Positions 1 to 10,353 of a stretch of DNA of 64,000 nucleotides are shown here, one piece after another. Origin of the DNA: Elusimicrobia bacterium RIFOXYA2_FULL_47_53 (GTDB taxonomy: Bacteria > Elusimicrobiota > Endomicrobiia > Endomicrobiales > XYA2-FULL-47-53); assembly GCA_001800315.1 (NCBI GenBank), contig MGVE01000001.1, forward strand, positions 121,749 through 185,748, in the 5' to 3' direction. Each line of letters starts with the position of its first letter. Position 1 is the stretch's first letter. The notes beneath the pieces are model-generated. The model did no database searches, had not been told where the DNA came from, and saw nothing but the letters and a program-made list of their open reading frames with translations. The position numbers and the translations under genes were made by a program.

Positions 1-609
1 CATAATATCTTTAACCCTGACTGTAAGTTTTTTTCCGAGTCCGCCGGCCGGATGGAACTTAGCCAGAGTTTCTTTTTTAAAACCTTTCTTTTCTGAGGCG
101 CAAAGCGCGATAGCGTCGCCTAAGGCCAGCATGGCTGATGTTGAAGCCGTGGGAGCCAGGTTATAGGGGCAGGCCTCTTTTTCTATGTGGGAGTTAATAA
201 TCAGGTCGGCGTATTTCCAGGGCTTTGCCGACGGGCGCCCGGTCATGACAATGACCCGAATGCCCATATTCTTAATGACGGGCAGAACTTTTTTAATTTC
301 GTCGGTTTCTCCCGTGTAGGAAAGCAGAAGGACAATGTCGTTAGGCATAAGCATGCCGATGTCACCGTGCAGGCACTCGGCAGGGTGCAGAAAAACCGAA
401 GGTATGCCCATAGAGGACATGGTAGCCGCTATCTTCCTTCCGATAAGCCCGGATTTTCCCACGCCCATTATTACAATTCTTCCCGAACATTCCGCGATAA
501 TGCCGACGGCCTGAAAGAATTCGTCGTCTAAATGTTTCAGCTGGCTCTTTACTGCATTTGCCTCAATAATAAGTGTCTGTCTGGCCCGTTCAATTAAGTT
601 TGCGCTCAT
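1..609 (-). CDS. kdsD: KpsF/GutQ family arabinose-5-phosphate isomerase (5' part; runs off window edge)
   Basis: Not in ORF track. Manual translation from ATG at 609: MSANLIERARQTLIIEA...GVGKSGLIGRKIAAT...HPAECLHGDIG...EACPYNLAPTAST...FHPAGGLG, which are SIS-domain KdsD motifs. Confidence 0.93.
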   Translation of the reverse strand, partial: MSANLIERARQTLIIEANAVKSQLKHLDDEFFQAVGIIAECSGRIVIMGVGKSGLIGRKIAATMSSMGIPSVFLHPAECLHGDIGMLMPNDIVLLLSYTGETDEIKKVLPVIKNMGIRVIVMTGRPSAKPWKYADLIINSHIEKEACPYNLAPTASTSAMLALGDAIALCASEKKGFKKETLAKFHPAGGLGKKLTVRVKDIM

Positions 610-619
610 ATTTTCCTTT

Positions 620-1252
620 CTAGGCACGCCTCGCCGCCGTAATAAAGTTTTTCATTTTATCGTAATCTTTTCTGCGCTGGAGCCGTTCCACTCCCGAGGC
701 CGCGTCAACCCCGAAAGGCCTTACTTTTTCAACCGCGTCGGCGACATTTTCCGGAGCCAGTCCGCCCGCCAGAAAAAACGGCTTGTTCAAATCCCTGGCC
801 TTCAGCGCGATATCCCAGTTAAAAACTTTTCCCGTGCCGCCTGCCGCGTCTTCGGAAAAAGCGTCAAGCAAAAAGAAGTCGGCGCAGTTTAAGTAATTTT
901 TCATTTCCTCAACTACCGAGTCATCCTTCACCCTGAAAGCTTTTATTATCGGCAATGATGTCTTTGAAAATACGGTGGCGCAGTACTCGGGCGATTCTGA
1001 GCCGTGCAGCTGAATGTATTTTAGAGCGCATTTCTTCGCCGCCTTCACCAGGGCATCCAAATCCTCGTCGGCGAAAACTCCGACGCTGGCGACAAAGCCC
1101 GGCAAAGACGATATTACTTCAGAAGCGAGTTTTACCGAAACTTTTCTGGGGCTCTCTTTAACGAAATTAAAACCCACTAAATCGGCGCCGAGGTTGGCGG
1201 CAAGCATTGCGTCTTCCGCGTTTGTAATGCCGCAAATCTTTATTTTTATCAT
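620..1252 (-). CDS. trpF: Phosphoribosylanthranilate isomerase
   Basis: KICGIT, QLHG, GGTGK.F.W, LAGGL, GVD.ASGVE motifs; in trp cluster. Confidence 0.97.
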   Translation of the reverse strand: MIKIKICGITNAEDAMLAANLGADLVGFNFVKESPRKVSVKLASEVISSLPGFVASVGVFADEDLDALVKAAKKCALKYIQLHGSESPEYCATVFSKTSLPIIKAFRVKDDSVVEEMKNYLNCADFFLLDAFSEDAAGGTGKVFNWDIALKARDLNKPFFLAGGLAPENVADAVEKVRPFGVDAASGVERLQRRKDYDKMKNFITAARRA

Positions 1253-2031
1253 GTTCTTAACTCTCTTAATGTGGATTTTGGGTCAGCGCTTCTCATAAGC
1301 GTTTCGCCAATCAAAAAATTGCCGGCGCCTAACGCGGCAAAACGGTTGATATCGCCTTTCCCGCTGATGCCGCTTTCAATTACAATCAGCTTATCTTTTG
1401 GCACTTTAGGGATAAGCCGCTCGGAGACTGAGAGGTCAACCTTAAAATCGTTGAGGTTGCGGTTGTTAATCCCGACTATGCGCGCGCCGCAGTCAATAAC
1501 TGTTTTTAATTCCTCTTCGTCGTGAATCTCAAAAAGGCAGTCCATGTCAAGCGCCGAGGCAACTCTAAAAAGTTCTCTTAAGGCATCGGCCTTAAGAAGC
1601 GCGGCTATCAGCAGGACAGCGTCGGCGCCGGCATAATAAGATTCGTAGAGCTGATACACTTCAGTAATAAAGTCTTTGCGCAAAACAGGAATTGATACGC
1701 CTGTCTTTACGGCCGTCAGGTATTCCAGGCTTCCTAAAAAAAATGTTTCCTCTGTGAGCACCGATATGGCTGCCGCGCCGCCCGACTCATAGGTTTTAGC
1801 GATAGCTAAAGGGTCAAAACTTTCCGTCAGCAGGCCTTTTGAAGGGCTGGCGCGTTTTATTTCAGCGATAATGTTGGGCCCGGAGCTTTTAAGAGCGTCG
1901 TAGAGTCCGGCTCTTTTGACATTCTTTTTTACGGCGCAAAGTTCTTTGAGCCTGTCCGCGGGAAGAAGTTTTTTCTTTTCCTCAACCGCGGCGGTTTTTG
2001 AAGCTACGATTTCTTTTAATATTGAGTGCAT
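1249..2031 (-). CDS. trpC: Indole-3-glycerol phosphate synthase
   Basis: IIAEIKRASPSKG, ISVLTE, LRKDF, GINNRNL, ESGI motifs. Confidence 0.97.
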   Translation of the reverse strand: MHSILKEIVASKTAAVEEKKKLLPADRLKELCAVKKNVKRAGLYDALKSSGPNIIAEIKRASPSKGLLTESFDPLAIAKTYESGGAAAISVLTEETFFLGSLEYLTAVKTGVSIPVLRKDFITEVYQLYESYYAGADAVLLIAALLKADALRELFRVASALDMDCLFEIHDEEELKTVIDCGARIVGINNRNLNDFKVDLSVSERLIPKVPKDKLIVIESGISGKGDINRFAALGAGNFLIGETLMRSADPKSTLRELRT

Positions 2032-3080
2032 TATGAGTTTGTGAGCCTGACTAATTCTTCCAGTTTATTTAGAGCAAGCCCCCGCTCAAGCGAGTCGGCG
2101 GCTAATCTGACGCCGTGAGCCATATCTGTTGCTTTTCCGCCCACCAAAAGCGCCGCGGCGGAATTAAGAATGACCACATCGGCCCTGGGGCCTTTCGCGC
2201 CTTTAAATATTTCCCTGAGTATCGCCGCGTTTTGAACGGCGTTTCCGCCTTTAATTTGATCAATGCCGGCGCGCTTAAGCCCGAAATCCTCAGGAGTAAT
2301 CTTAAATGATATAACCTCACCGGCGTTAAGCTCCGCCACATGGGTTACTCCCGATATGGATATCTCGTCCATGCCGTCCTCGCCGTGAACAACCCAGGCT
2401 CGCTTTGAGCCGAGGTTGCTGAGCACCTGCGCGAGCATCTCAACGAGATTCCTGGAATATACTCCGAGAACCTGTGCCGTTGCTCCTGCGGGATTTGTCA
2501 AAGGGCCCAGCACGTTAAATATGGTCCTGATGCCAATTTGGCGCCTGGGGTTAATCGCGTGTTTCATGGCTCCGTGCAGTGAAGTCGCGAAAAGAAACCC
2601 TATGCCTATTTTGCTGATGCATTCCTCTACTTTTTCCGGGGCTATGTTAATGTTGACACCAAGAGCCTCAAGCACATCGGCGCTGCCGCAGGCGCTTGAA
2701 ACGGAGCGGTTGCCGTGTTTGGCTACGGTCAGACCGCAGGAGGCGACCACAAAAGCCGTGGCCGTGGAGATGTTGAATGTTGAGGTGCCGTCACCGCCTG
2801 TGCCGCAGGTGTCCAGTATGGTTTCAGCGTCAATGTTAATGTCGTCTCTGTCAATGTCAAGCGCGGCTTTTACTCTTATTGGCGTCGCGAAACGGCGCAT
2901 CACCCTGGCGCAGCCTGTAATCTCTGAAATTGTTTCGCCCTTCATTCTAAGCGCCGTAATAAATGCCGCTATCTGAGCGTCGGTAGCTTCACCGCCCATA
3001 ATCTCGGCCATTACATCGGAGGCTTCTTTTTCCGTAAGGTCCTGCCCGTTTACGGCCTTATTTATTGCCTCTTTTATCAT
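2031..3080 (-). CDS. trpD: Anthranilate phosphoribosyltransferase
   Basis: [34 protein letters not shown] motifs. Confidence 0.97.
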   Translation of the reverse strand: MIKEAINKAVNGQDLTEKEASDVMAEIMGGEATDAQIAAFITALRMKGETISEITGCARVMRRFATPIRVKAALDIDRDDINIDAETILDTCGTGGDGTSTFNISTATAFVVASCGLTVAKHGNRSVSSACGSADVLEALGVNINIAPEKVEECISKIGIGFLFATSLHGAMKHAINPRRQIGIRTIFNVLGPLTNPAGATAQVLGVYSRNLVEMLAQVLSNLGSKRAWVVHGEDGMDEISISGVTHVAELNAGEVISFKITPEDFGLKRAGIDQIKGGNAVQNAAILREIFKGAKGPRADVVILNSAAALLVGGKATDMAHGVRLAADSLERGLALNKLEELVRLTNS

Positions 3081-3658
3081 CTTTTCAGCCTTTTGCAGTT
3101 ATTAAAGAAATTGCGCAGCAGCTTCTTGCCTTCATGGGTAAGAATAGATTCCGGATGGAACTGAACGCCTTCAACCATGAGAGTTTTGTGCCTCAGGCCC
3201 ATTATCTCGCCGTCTTTTGTCACGGCGCTGACCTTAAGGCAGTCCGGAAGCGTTTTTTTATCCACCAGCAGCGAATGGTAACGCGTAGCCTCAAAGGGGT
3301 TTGGCAGATTTTTGAATATTGTTTTGCCGTCATGTTTTATCATGGAGGTTTTGCCGTGCATAAGCGTTTTGGCGCGCACTATTCTGCCTCCGAAAGCCTC
3401 TCCTATGCACTGAAGGCCCAGGCAGACGCCGAAAATAGGAATTTTACCGGCGAAACGCTTTATGAGATCCAGAGATATGCCGGCCTGTTTCGGGTTGCCG
3501 GGGCCCGGAGAAATCAATATCCAGTCCGGGTTCATGCGCTCAATTTCTTCAAGGGAAATCTCGCTGTTTCTGAAAACTCTAATATTTTTTTCCCATTCTC
3601 CGAGGTACTGGACAATGTTGTAAACGAAAGAATCGTAGTTGTCAATAACGAGTATCAT
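3077..3658 (-). CDS. trpG: Anthranilate synthase component II (glutamine amidotransferase)
   Basis: IDNYDSF, SPGPG, GVCLG, RYHSL, QFHPES; between trpE and trpD. Confidence 0.95.
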   Translation of the reverse strand: MILVIDNYDSFVYNIVQYLGEWEKNIRVFRNSEISLEEIERMNPDWILISPGPGNPKQAGISLDLIKRFAGKIPIFGVCLGLQCIGEAFGGRIVRAKTLMHGKTSMIKHDGKTIFKNLPNPFEATRYHSLLVDKKTLPDCLKVSAVTKDGEIMGLRHKTLMVEGVQFHPESILTHEGKKLLRNFFNNCKRLKR

Positions 3659-5151
3659 CAGATCAAACCTTTTTCGGCTTTTTCTATCGCAGAGAAAAGA
3701 GCCGCCGCTTTGTTTTTTGATTCCTGAAGCTCTTTTGAAGGCACGGAATCTGCGACTATTCCGGCTCCGGCCTGGGCATAAGCCACGCCTTTCTTAAGGA
3801 CTAAGGTCCTTATCGTTATCGCCATGTCCATATTGCCTGAATAGGAAAAGTATCCCACCGCGCCGGCGTAGGGCCCGCGAGCCTCGGGTTCCAGTTCGTC
3901 AATTATTTCCATGGCGCGAACCTTGGGAGCGCCTGAAACCGTTCCGGCCGGAAAGCAGGCCCTGAAAAGGTCAAAGCTGTCCATGCCGGGTTTAAGCGTT
4001 CCGGTTACGGAAGAAACTATATGTATTACATGTGAGTATTTCTCTATGGTCATAAGCTGTGGGACCCTGACACTCGCGCTTTTGCATACCCGGCCCAGGT
4101 CATTTCTTCCGAGGTCCACAAGCATAATATGTTCCGCGCGCTCCTTCGGATCCGCCAGAAGTTCACGGGAAAGGCGCGTTTCTTCAGCCTCATCTTTTCC
4201 CCTGGGCCTTGTGCCGGCTATAGGCCTGGTCTCGGCGAAATCGTCTTCTTTGCGCACAAGTATCTCAGGCGAAGAGCCGATAATCTCAAAATCGCCCATT
4301 TTAAGAAAGTACATGTAAGGCGACGGGTTTACAAGCCTTAGCGCCCTGTAAATATCAAATGCGCCCGCGGCGGTTTTCTTTGAAAACCTTTGAGACAGAA
4401 CTACCTGTATTATGTCGCCTTTTTTAATATATTCCTTTGCCCTGTCAACATTATGCTTGAATGTTTTCTCGGAAAGATTAGATTCCACCAAAGAATGTTT
4501 TAGCGCGCGGCGCTTAGCGTCTCTGAGCGGTTTTCTTAAAAGAGAAATAATCTCGCTTATCTGCGCGGCTGCCCCGGCATACGCCGCCTTCAGGTTTGTT
4601 TTTTCCGAGGCTTCAACGCAGACAACTATTTTTACCGAGTGGCTCAGATGGTCAAAAATAACCAGCTTGTCATTGAGGGTGAACAGCGAATCCGGAAGGT
4701 TAAGGGCTTCTTTCGGTTTATTCGGCAGTTTCTCAATAAAGCGAATCATATCGTAGGAAGCAAACCCTACCGCGCCCCCCCAGAACCTCGGAAGGCCGCG
4801 TACCTCCACGGGATTATATTCGGACATAAGCCTTTTTATTTCATTTATCGGGTCAGGGGACGGTTTCCAGTCTGTTTTGCCCGGCTGGCGCGAAACCGAA
4901 TACTGGCCTCCCTTTGACTGAAAGTAAAGTTTTGGATTCCAGGAAATAAAAGAATACCTGCCCCACCGTTCCCCGCCTTCAACGCTTTCAAGGAGGTAGG
5001 CGTAAGGGTGGGCGTCAGCCAGTTTCAGAAAAGTGGATACCGGGGTTTCCAGATCGGCCAAAATTTCGCTGTAAACCGGTATTATGTTTCCTTTCTTTGA
5101 TAGAAGGCGGAACTCGTTGAACTCCGGAATAATTTTAAAGTTAGCGTTCAT
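3658..5151 (-). CDS. trpE: Anthranilate synthase component I
   Basis: LLESVEGG, NPSPYM, GSSPE, PIAGT, EHIMLVDLGRND, PAGTVSGAPK. Confidence 0.96.
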   Translation of the reverse strand: MNANFKIIPEFNEFRLLSKKGNIIPVYSEILADLETPVSTFLKLADAHPYAYLLESVEGGERWGRYSFISWNPKLYFQSKGGQYSVSRQPGKTDWKPSPDPINEIKRLMSEYNPVEVRGLPRFWGGAVGFASYDMIRFIEKLPNKPKEALNLPDSLFTLNDKLVIFDHLSHSVKIVVCVEASEKTNLKAAYAGAAAQISEIISLLRKPLRDAKRRALKHSLVESNLSEKTFKHNVDRAKEYIKKGDIIQVVLSQRFSKKTAAGAFDIYRALRLVNPSPYMYFLKMGDFEIIGSSPEILVRKEDDFAETRPIAGTRPRGKDEAEETRLSRELLADPKERAEHIMLVDLGRNDLGRVCKSASVRVPQLMTIEKYSHVIHIVSSVTGTLKPGMDSFDLFRACFPAGTVSGAPKVRAMEIIDELEPEARGPYAGAVGYFSYSGNMDMAITIRTLVLKKGVAYAQAGAGIVADSVPSKELQESKNKAAALFSAIEKAEKGLI

Positions 5152-5159
5152 ATAGCGTC

Positions 5160-5669
5160 TTAATTTATCCTTATAACTCTGCCTTTAATATTTGACAAGG
5201 GAAGAAAATAAATGTGTTCTCCGGTCGCGCTGTTTATCCAGTCGCGGCTGTCGTTTGACTCATCCCTGTTGTCGCCCATTACAAAAACTGTTGAGGCCGG
5301 AACCGTAAGCCTGTTTATATTGTCTCCGCTCAAAAGCTCCGAAGCCCTTGTGTGTTTTACATAGTCTTCTTTTGCCGGAGCGCCGTTAATAAATACTTCT
5401 TTTTCTTTTATTTCCACGGTGTCGCCAGCGACGGCGATAACTCTTTTGATAAGTTCTTTTTCGTCAACCGGAGATTTGAAGACTATGATCTCTCCGCGCT
5501 TCGGTTTTACCAGCCAGCGGCTAATCTTTTCTTCAAGCATCAACTCGCCGACTTTCAGCGTTGGCTCCATGGATGCCGAAGCGACATAAACAGTTTCTAT
5601 GACAAAGGTTCTAATAAACATCGCCGCAAGAACCGCGGCGGAAACTATAAAGGCCAGTCTTTTTATCAT
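5160..5669 (-). CDS. lepB: Signal peptidase I
   Basis: N-terminal TM, S.SMEPTL catalytic Ser, LIKRVI catalytic Lys, MGDNR..S.DSR. Confidence 0.92.
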   Translation of the reverse strand: MIKRLAFIVSAAVLAAMFIRTFVIETVYVASASMEPTLKVGELMLEEKISRWLVKPKRGEIIVFKSPVDEKELIKRVIAVAGDTVEIKEKEVFINGAPAKEDYVKHTRASELLSGDNINRLTVPASTVFVMGDNRDESNDSRDWINSATGEHIYFLPLSNIKGRVIRIN

Positions 5670-6061
5670 TTATATATGTCTTTGGGATTAAAAACTCTTT
5701 TTCCGCAAACCGTGTGCTTGCCGGCGGAAGAAATCTTTGTAAAAAAACAGCTCCTGTATCCCGTGTGGCAGGCCGCACCGCCAACCTGAACAGCTTTAAC
5801 CAGCAGGGCGTCTTTATCGCAATCGTAAGAGACTTCTTTGACTTTCTGAATATTGCCGGAGGTCTCACCCTTTACCCAGAATTTTTTGCGTGAACGGCTC
5901 CAGAAAGTCGCTTTCCTGGTTTTCAAGGTCAGTTCAACCGCTTTGGAGTTCATGTAGGCGAGCATAAGAACCTGGTTGTCTTTATAGTCCTGCACAATGA
6001 CAGGGATAAGGCCGTTAGCGTCGTATTTCAGGCTTTTCGCGAATTTGGTTATCTCAGACAT
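5666..6061 (-). CDS. hisI: Phosphoribosyl-AMP cyclohydrolase
   Basis: WSRSR..W.KGETSG, DCD.D, ACHTG..SCF; no HisE domain fused. Confidence 0.96.
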   Translation of the reverse strand: MSEITKFAKSLKYDANGLIPVIVQDYKDNQVLMLAYMNSKAVELTLKTRKATFWSRSRKKFWVKGETSGNIQKVKEVSYDCDKDALLVKAVQVGGAACHTGYRSCFFTKISSAGKHTVCGKRVFNPKDIYK

Positions 6062-6069
6062 TTTATCTC

Positions 6070-6825
6070 CTATATTCTTACGGGAACTTTTTTTGATTTA
6101 AGGTATTTTTTAAGTCCGTTTATTGGCAATTCCCTGAAGTGGAAAAGGGACGCGGCAAGAACGGCCGAGGCTCCGCAGCGGTAGGCGTCAAAAAAATGCT
6201 GTTTTTTTCCGGCTCCGCCGGAAGCTATTACGGGAATGCTTACCGCACTGCTTACGGCTTTCAGTAATGCGTTGTCGTAGCCGTTTTTTGTGCCGTCGGC
6301 ATCCATGCTGGTGAGCAGTATTTCACCGGCGCCGAGCTTCTCGGCTTTCCTGGCCCAGGCCACGGCATCCAGGCCGGTTGCCTTTCTGCCTCCGTGGGTA
6401 TAAACTTCCCAACTGTTTTTTGCGGTTCTTTTCGCGTCAATCGCGACAACTATGCACTGGTTGCCGAACTTCCTGCTGGATTCTCTGATAAGGGGTGGGT
6501 TTTGCACCGCCGATGTGTTTAAAGATACTTTATCCGCGCCCGCTTTGAGAAGTTTTCTGATATCTTCAATTGTTTTAAGCCCGCCTCCGACAGTCAGCGG
6601 AATAAAAACCTGCTCGGCGGTTTTTTTTACCACATCAAGCATTATGGGCCTGCCGTGGGCCGACGCGGTGATGTCTAAGAAAACCAGCTCGTCGGCGCCT
6701 TCCACATTGTATCTTTTCGCGACTTCAACGGGGTCTCCCGCGTCGCGCAGATTTAAAAACTTTGTGCCTTTTACGACGCGCCCGGCGTCCACATCAAGGC
6801 ACGGTATGACTCTTAAGGAAAGCAT
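6070..6825 (-). CDS. hisF: Imidazole glycerol phosphate synthase cyclase subunit
   Basis: [41 protein letters not shown]. Confidence 0.97.
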   Translation of the reverse strand: MLSLRVIPCLDVDAGRVVKGTKFLNLRDAGDPVEVAKRYNVEGADELVFLDITASAHGRPIMLDVVKKTAEQVFIPLTVGGGLKTIEDIRKLLKAGADKVSLNTSAVQNPPLIRESSRKFGNQCIVVAIDAKRTAKNSWEVYTHGGRKATGLDAVAWARKAEKLGAGEILLTSMDADGTKNGYDNALLKAVSSAVSIPVIASGGAGKKQHFFDAYRCGASAVLAASLFHFRELPINGLKKYLKSKKVPVRI

Positions 6826-6826
6826 T

Positions 6827-7552
6827 TTATTTTCCGCCGATCTTTATGGCTTCTTCAAGCTTGATGGCGTCGGTATAGAGTGCCTTGCCAATTACCGCTC
6901 CCATAATCCCCTCTTTTTCGTACTCTTTGAGCTTCCTGATATCGTCAAGGCTGGATATGCCGCCGGAGGCTATAACGCCGATGCGCGCGGCCTTAGCTAT
7001 CAATCTTAATCCTTCAATGTTGGGGCCTTCCATCATGCCGTCTTTTTTTACATCGGTAGAGAGTATCTCTTCAATGCCCATGTCTTTTAACTTTACGGCC
7101 AGGTCGGTGGCTTCAACGGAGGTAGTTTCTTTCCAGCCGCCGATAGCGACCTTGTTGTCAACGACATCAACGGCAACTATCAGTTTCCTGCCGTGCTTTT
7201 CAATTGCCTGCCTGATAATATCGGGATTATAAATAGCGAGAGTGCCGACAATAATCCTGTCAATGCCGATATCAAAAAGCGTATCTATGGTATTTAGGCT
7301 TCTCACTCCGCCGCCAAGCTGAATAGGAATTGATATCCCGGCCCTGATCCTTTTAATTATCTCAAGGTTTTGCGGCGATCCTCCGAAGGCGCCGTCTAAA
7401 TCCACGACATGCAGGCGCGAAGCTCCTTTGGCCTGCCACAGCTTGGCCATGAAGACAGGGTCCTTGGAATAGACAGTCTCGGCGTCAATCTTGCCCTGTT
7501 TAAGCATTACGCAGTTTCCCGCCCTTATGTCAATAGCCGGTATTATAAGCAT
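6827..7552 (-). CDS. hisA: ProFAR isomerase
   Basis: [31 protein letters not shown]. Confidence 0.97.
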   Translation of the reverse strand: MLIIPAIDIRAGNCVMLKQGKIDAETVYSKDPVFMAKLWQAKGASRLHVVDLDGAFGGSPQNLEIIKRIRAGISIPIQLGGGVRSLNTIDTLFDIGIDRIIVGTLAIYNPDIIRQAIEKHGRKLIVAVDVVDNKVAIGGWKETTSVEATDLAVKLKDMGIEEILSTDVKKDGMMEGPNIEGLRLIAKAARIGVIASGGISSLDDIRKLKEYEKEGIMGAVIGKALYTDAIKLEEAIKIGGK

Positions 7553-8178
7553 TTTTTAACCTCTCTTGTGAAATTGCCAAGGAGTTTAAGCCCGTATTTA
7601 GAGCTTTTCTCCGGATGGAACTGGCAGGCCCAGACATTGTCTTTGCAGATGCTTGAGCAGAACTTTATTCCGTAGGCGGTCGTGGAACCGGAAAAACTTT
7701 TATCCTTCGGTATCCCGTAATAGGAATGAACAAAATAAAAATAACTTGAGGCCGGTATCCCGGAAAACATGGTTTCAGCCGCGTTCTTTGAAACGCTCAG
7801 CGTGTTCCAGCCCATATGAGGGATCTTGAAAGGAGGTTTCAAGTTAAACCTCAAGACCTCTCCGGGCACCACTTCAAGGCCGGCATGGGACCCTTCCTCC
7901 GAGCTTTTATCAAAAAGAAGCTGGAACCCGAGACAGAGCCCGAGAAAGTGTTTGCCGCCGGCGATTTGTTTTTTTAGGAAATTAAAAAGCCCCTTCTTCT
8001 TAAGATAGTCTGCGGCGGGCTTAAACGAACCCACTCCCGGCAGAACTATGGCGTCGCAATCAGCTATGCGCTGTTTGCTGTCGGAAACCAGCACATCCGC
8101 GCCGACAGCCTCAAGCGCTTTGGAAACGCTTCTTAAATTCCCCATTCCATAATCAACGACTGCTATTTTTGGCTGCAT
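7543..8178 (-). CDS. hisH: Imidazole glycerol phosphate synthase glutaminase subunit
   Basis: DYGMGNL.SV, LPGVG, GLCLG, PHMGWN, YFVHSY, QFHPEKS. ATG at 8178 preferred over the track start (8193), which falls inside the repeat end. Confidence 0.96.
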   Translation of the reverse strand: MQPKIAVVDYGMGNLRSVSKALEAVGADVLVSDSKQRIADCDAIVLPGVGSFKPAADYLKKKGLFNFLKKQIAGGKHFLGLCLGFQLLFDKSSEEGSHAGLEVVPGEVLRFNLKPPFKIPHMGWNTLSVSKNAAETMFSGIPASSYFYFVHSYYGIPKDKSFSGSTTAYGIKFCSSICKDNVWACQFHPEKSSKYGLKLLGNFTREVKKCL

Positions 8179-8184
8179 AATAAT

Positions 8185-8331
8185 TTGAGTCAATTGAAAA
8201 ACCTTATTAATGCCCTGTCATTGCGAACCCGCAGGGTGAAGCAATCTCGCTTTTTAGTCGGCAACTACGGGATTGCTTCGTCGTTGCACTCCTCGCAAAG
8301 ACTGCCTGAAACACTTTTTCAACTGACTTAA
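8185..8331. repeat. MITE/REP-like palindromic element with 17-bp imperfect terminal inverted repeats
   Basis: TTGAGTCAATTGAAAAA (8185-8201) vs TTTTTCAACTGACTTAA (8315-8331), 15/17 inverted match. Nested pairs: GTCATTGCGA/TCGCAAAGAC and GAAGCAATCTCG/CGGGATTGCTTC. Confidence 0.75.
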
Positions 8332-8338
8332 TATAGGT

Positions 8339-8926
8339 TTACAGGCTGCCTTTCGTTGAAGGAATACCCTTTGTTGACCTGCTTTTAGAGACCGCCTGAG
8401 AAAGCGCCCTGCCGAAGCCCTTGAAAATAGATTCGGCGATATGATGATTATTGCGCCCCTTTTTCAGCGCGATATGAAGCGTTATCCCGGCATTTACGGC
8501 CAGCGCGTAGAAAAATTCATTTAATAGGCCGAAATCAAAATTTTCTCTGCCGGCGGCCGCTTTGAATTTTACATCATACTCAAGGTAGGGCCGGCCCGAT
8601 ATATCCATGGCGACATAAGAGAGCGCTTCGTCCATTGGCAGAAGAAAGTTGCCGTAGCGGTTTATCCCCTTCTTGTCGCCTAAAGCTATTTTTAGAGCTT
8701 TTCCTACGGTTATGCCCAGGTCTTCCACCAGGTGGTGGTCGTCAATGTGCGTGTCTCCCGCGGCAGATACCACAAGGCTTATTCCGGCATGGTGAGCGAA
8801 AAGCTCAAGCATGTGGTCTATAAAAGGGATGGTCGTTGCTATCTTAACCGGTTTATTCTTTTTAAGGTTAAGCGCAACCTTTATGGAAGTTTCCTTTGTT
8901 ATTCTTGAGACAGTTCCGGATTTCAT
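8339..8926 (-). CDS. hisB: Imidazoleglycerol-phosphate dehydratase
   Basis: R.TKET, DHML, DDHHLVED, PMDEAL, NNHHIAE, PSTKG. Confidence 0.97.
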   Translation of the reverse strand: MKSGTVSRITKETSIKVALNLKKNKPVKIATTIPFIDHMLELFAHHAGISLVVSAAGDTHIDDHHLVEDLGITVGKALKIALGDKKGINRYGNFLLPMDEALSYVAMDISGRPYLEYDVKFKAAAGRENFDFGLLNEFFYALAVNAGITLHIALKKGRNNHHIAESIFKGFGRALSQAVSKSRSTKGIPSTKGSL

Positions 8927-8928
8927 TA

Positions 8929-9132
8929 TTAATGCCTCAGCCCGTTTAATCCGAGTTCAGATAGGTCTATAGTCAGCTTATTCTGTTTTAAGGCCATTTC
9001 AAGTTTTGAAATAATAGAAAGCTCTTCCGAAGAAAATACGGCCGAACCTTCAAATTCAAAATCGGAAGCGGCTACATCGTTTAGTATGAGCAGTATAAGC
9101 TCAATTTCTCTGGGCGTCAAGTCAACTTTCAT
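8929..9132 (-). CDS. Small acidic hypothetical protein (67 aa)
   Basis: Fills the hisD-hisB gap co-directionally; GAAAGGA SD upstream of ATG; stop is 2 nt before the hisB start. Confidence 0.7.
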   Translation of the reverse strand: MKVDLTPREIELILLILNDVAASDFEFEGSAVFSSEELSIISKLEMALKQNKLTIDLSELGLNGLRH

Positions 9133-9153
9133 GATTGTTTTCCTTTCTTGTAA

Positions 9154-10326
9154 TCACTGCCTTATTTTTGCCGACAGGGCGTGAAAGCTAAGCCCCTCGG
9201 CGGCGGCTATAGCCACAATATCTTTCCTTCCGGAAAGCCTTCTTTTTCCGGCGCTGATGTAGCTGATTTTTTTTATGAATGTCGCGCAGGATAACCCGCC
9301 CGAAAAACGCGCTGTGCCGTTTGTGGGCAGAACATGCGAGGGGCCGGCTATATAATCTCCCGCGGCGGTCGGGGTGTTGCCTCCGACAAAAACCGCGCCG
9401 GCATTCTGAATCTTTTTAACTATTGTTTCCGGGTTTGCTGTCATGATTTCAAGGTGTTCGGGGGCAATTTCATTTACTCGCTTAACCGCTTCGGGAACGG
9501 AGGATTTAAAGATAGTTATCTGTTTTGTATTCTCTCCCGACAGAAGCACCCTGACCGTGGCGATAATTTCATCCGATTCGCAGAAAAGGTAGGCCTTTGC
9601 CATGCTGTCATGTTCGGCCTGGGCCAGCAGGTCAGCGGCTATGTGCTCGGGATTGGCGTATCTGTCCGCTATGATAGCTACTTCGCTTGGGCCCGCAAGA
9701 GAGTCAATACCGCAGACATCAAGGATCTGGCGTTTGGCTTCGTTAATATAGGCGTTTCCGGGGCCGACAATTATGTCAACTTTGGGTATAGTTTTAGTGC
9801 CGTATGCCATGGCGGCTATGGAAGCCGGGCCGTTAACCGCGTAAATCTCGTCAACCCCGCAGATTTTTGCCGCGAAAAGAACCGCAGGGGTCAGATTCTT
9901 CGGAGGCGTGGCCATGATTATTCTTTTTACTCCAGCTATTCTCGCGGGTATAGCCGTCATAAGCACCGTTGAAGGGTAAGAATAGTACTTCCCGCCGGGA
10001 ACATAGAGGCCGGCGGTTTCAACCGGTTTGTAAATAAAACCGGTGGCTGTTCCTGCTATGTTTATCCTCCAGCTTTTCGGAAGCCTGGAGAACTCTTCCT
10101 TGTGAAAGCGGGTTATATTCTGAGCGGCCTTTTTGAGCGCTTTCGCCAAATCCGGACTTATTCTGGATGCCATGGCGTCAACAAGGGTTTTGGAAACTCT
10201 GAAGGATGAGGGTTTGATGTTTTTTCCGTCAAATTTGGCCGTAAAATATGAGACAGCGCTATCGCCGTCTTTAAGGACGCGCTTTATAATTGATGAGACC
10301 TGAGCAGCGGTATTTTTCATATTCAA
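9154..10326 (-). CDS. hisD: Histidinol dehydrogenase
   Basis: GLYVPGG, GPGNAY, AGPSE, AQAEHD, APEHL, GDY.AGPSHVLPT; start may be ATG 10320. Confidence 0.96.
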   Translation of the reverse strand: MNMKNTAAQVSSIIKRVLKDGDSAVSYFTAKFDGKNIKPSSFRVSKTLVDAMASRISPDLAKALKKAAQNITRFHKEEFSRLPKSWRINIAGTATGFIYKPVETAGLYVPGGKYYSYPSTVLMTAIPARIAGVKRIIMATPPKNLTPAVLFAAKICGVDEIYAVNGPASIAAMAYGTKTIPKVDIIVGPGNAYINEAKRQILDVCGIDSLAGPSEVAIIADRYANPEHIAADLLAQAEHDSMAKAYLFCESDEIIATVRVLLSGENTKQITIFKSSVPEAVKRVNEIAPEHLEIMTANPETIVKKIQNAGAVFVGGNTPTAAGDYIAGPSHVLPTNGTARFSGGLSCATFIKKISYISAGKRRLSGRKDIVAIAAAEGLSFHALSAKIRQ

Positions 10327-10353
10327 GTATTCTATAAAAAAACGAATATAAAA

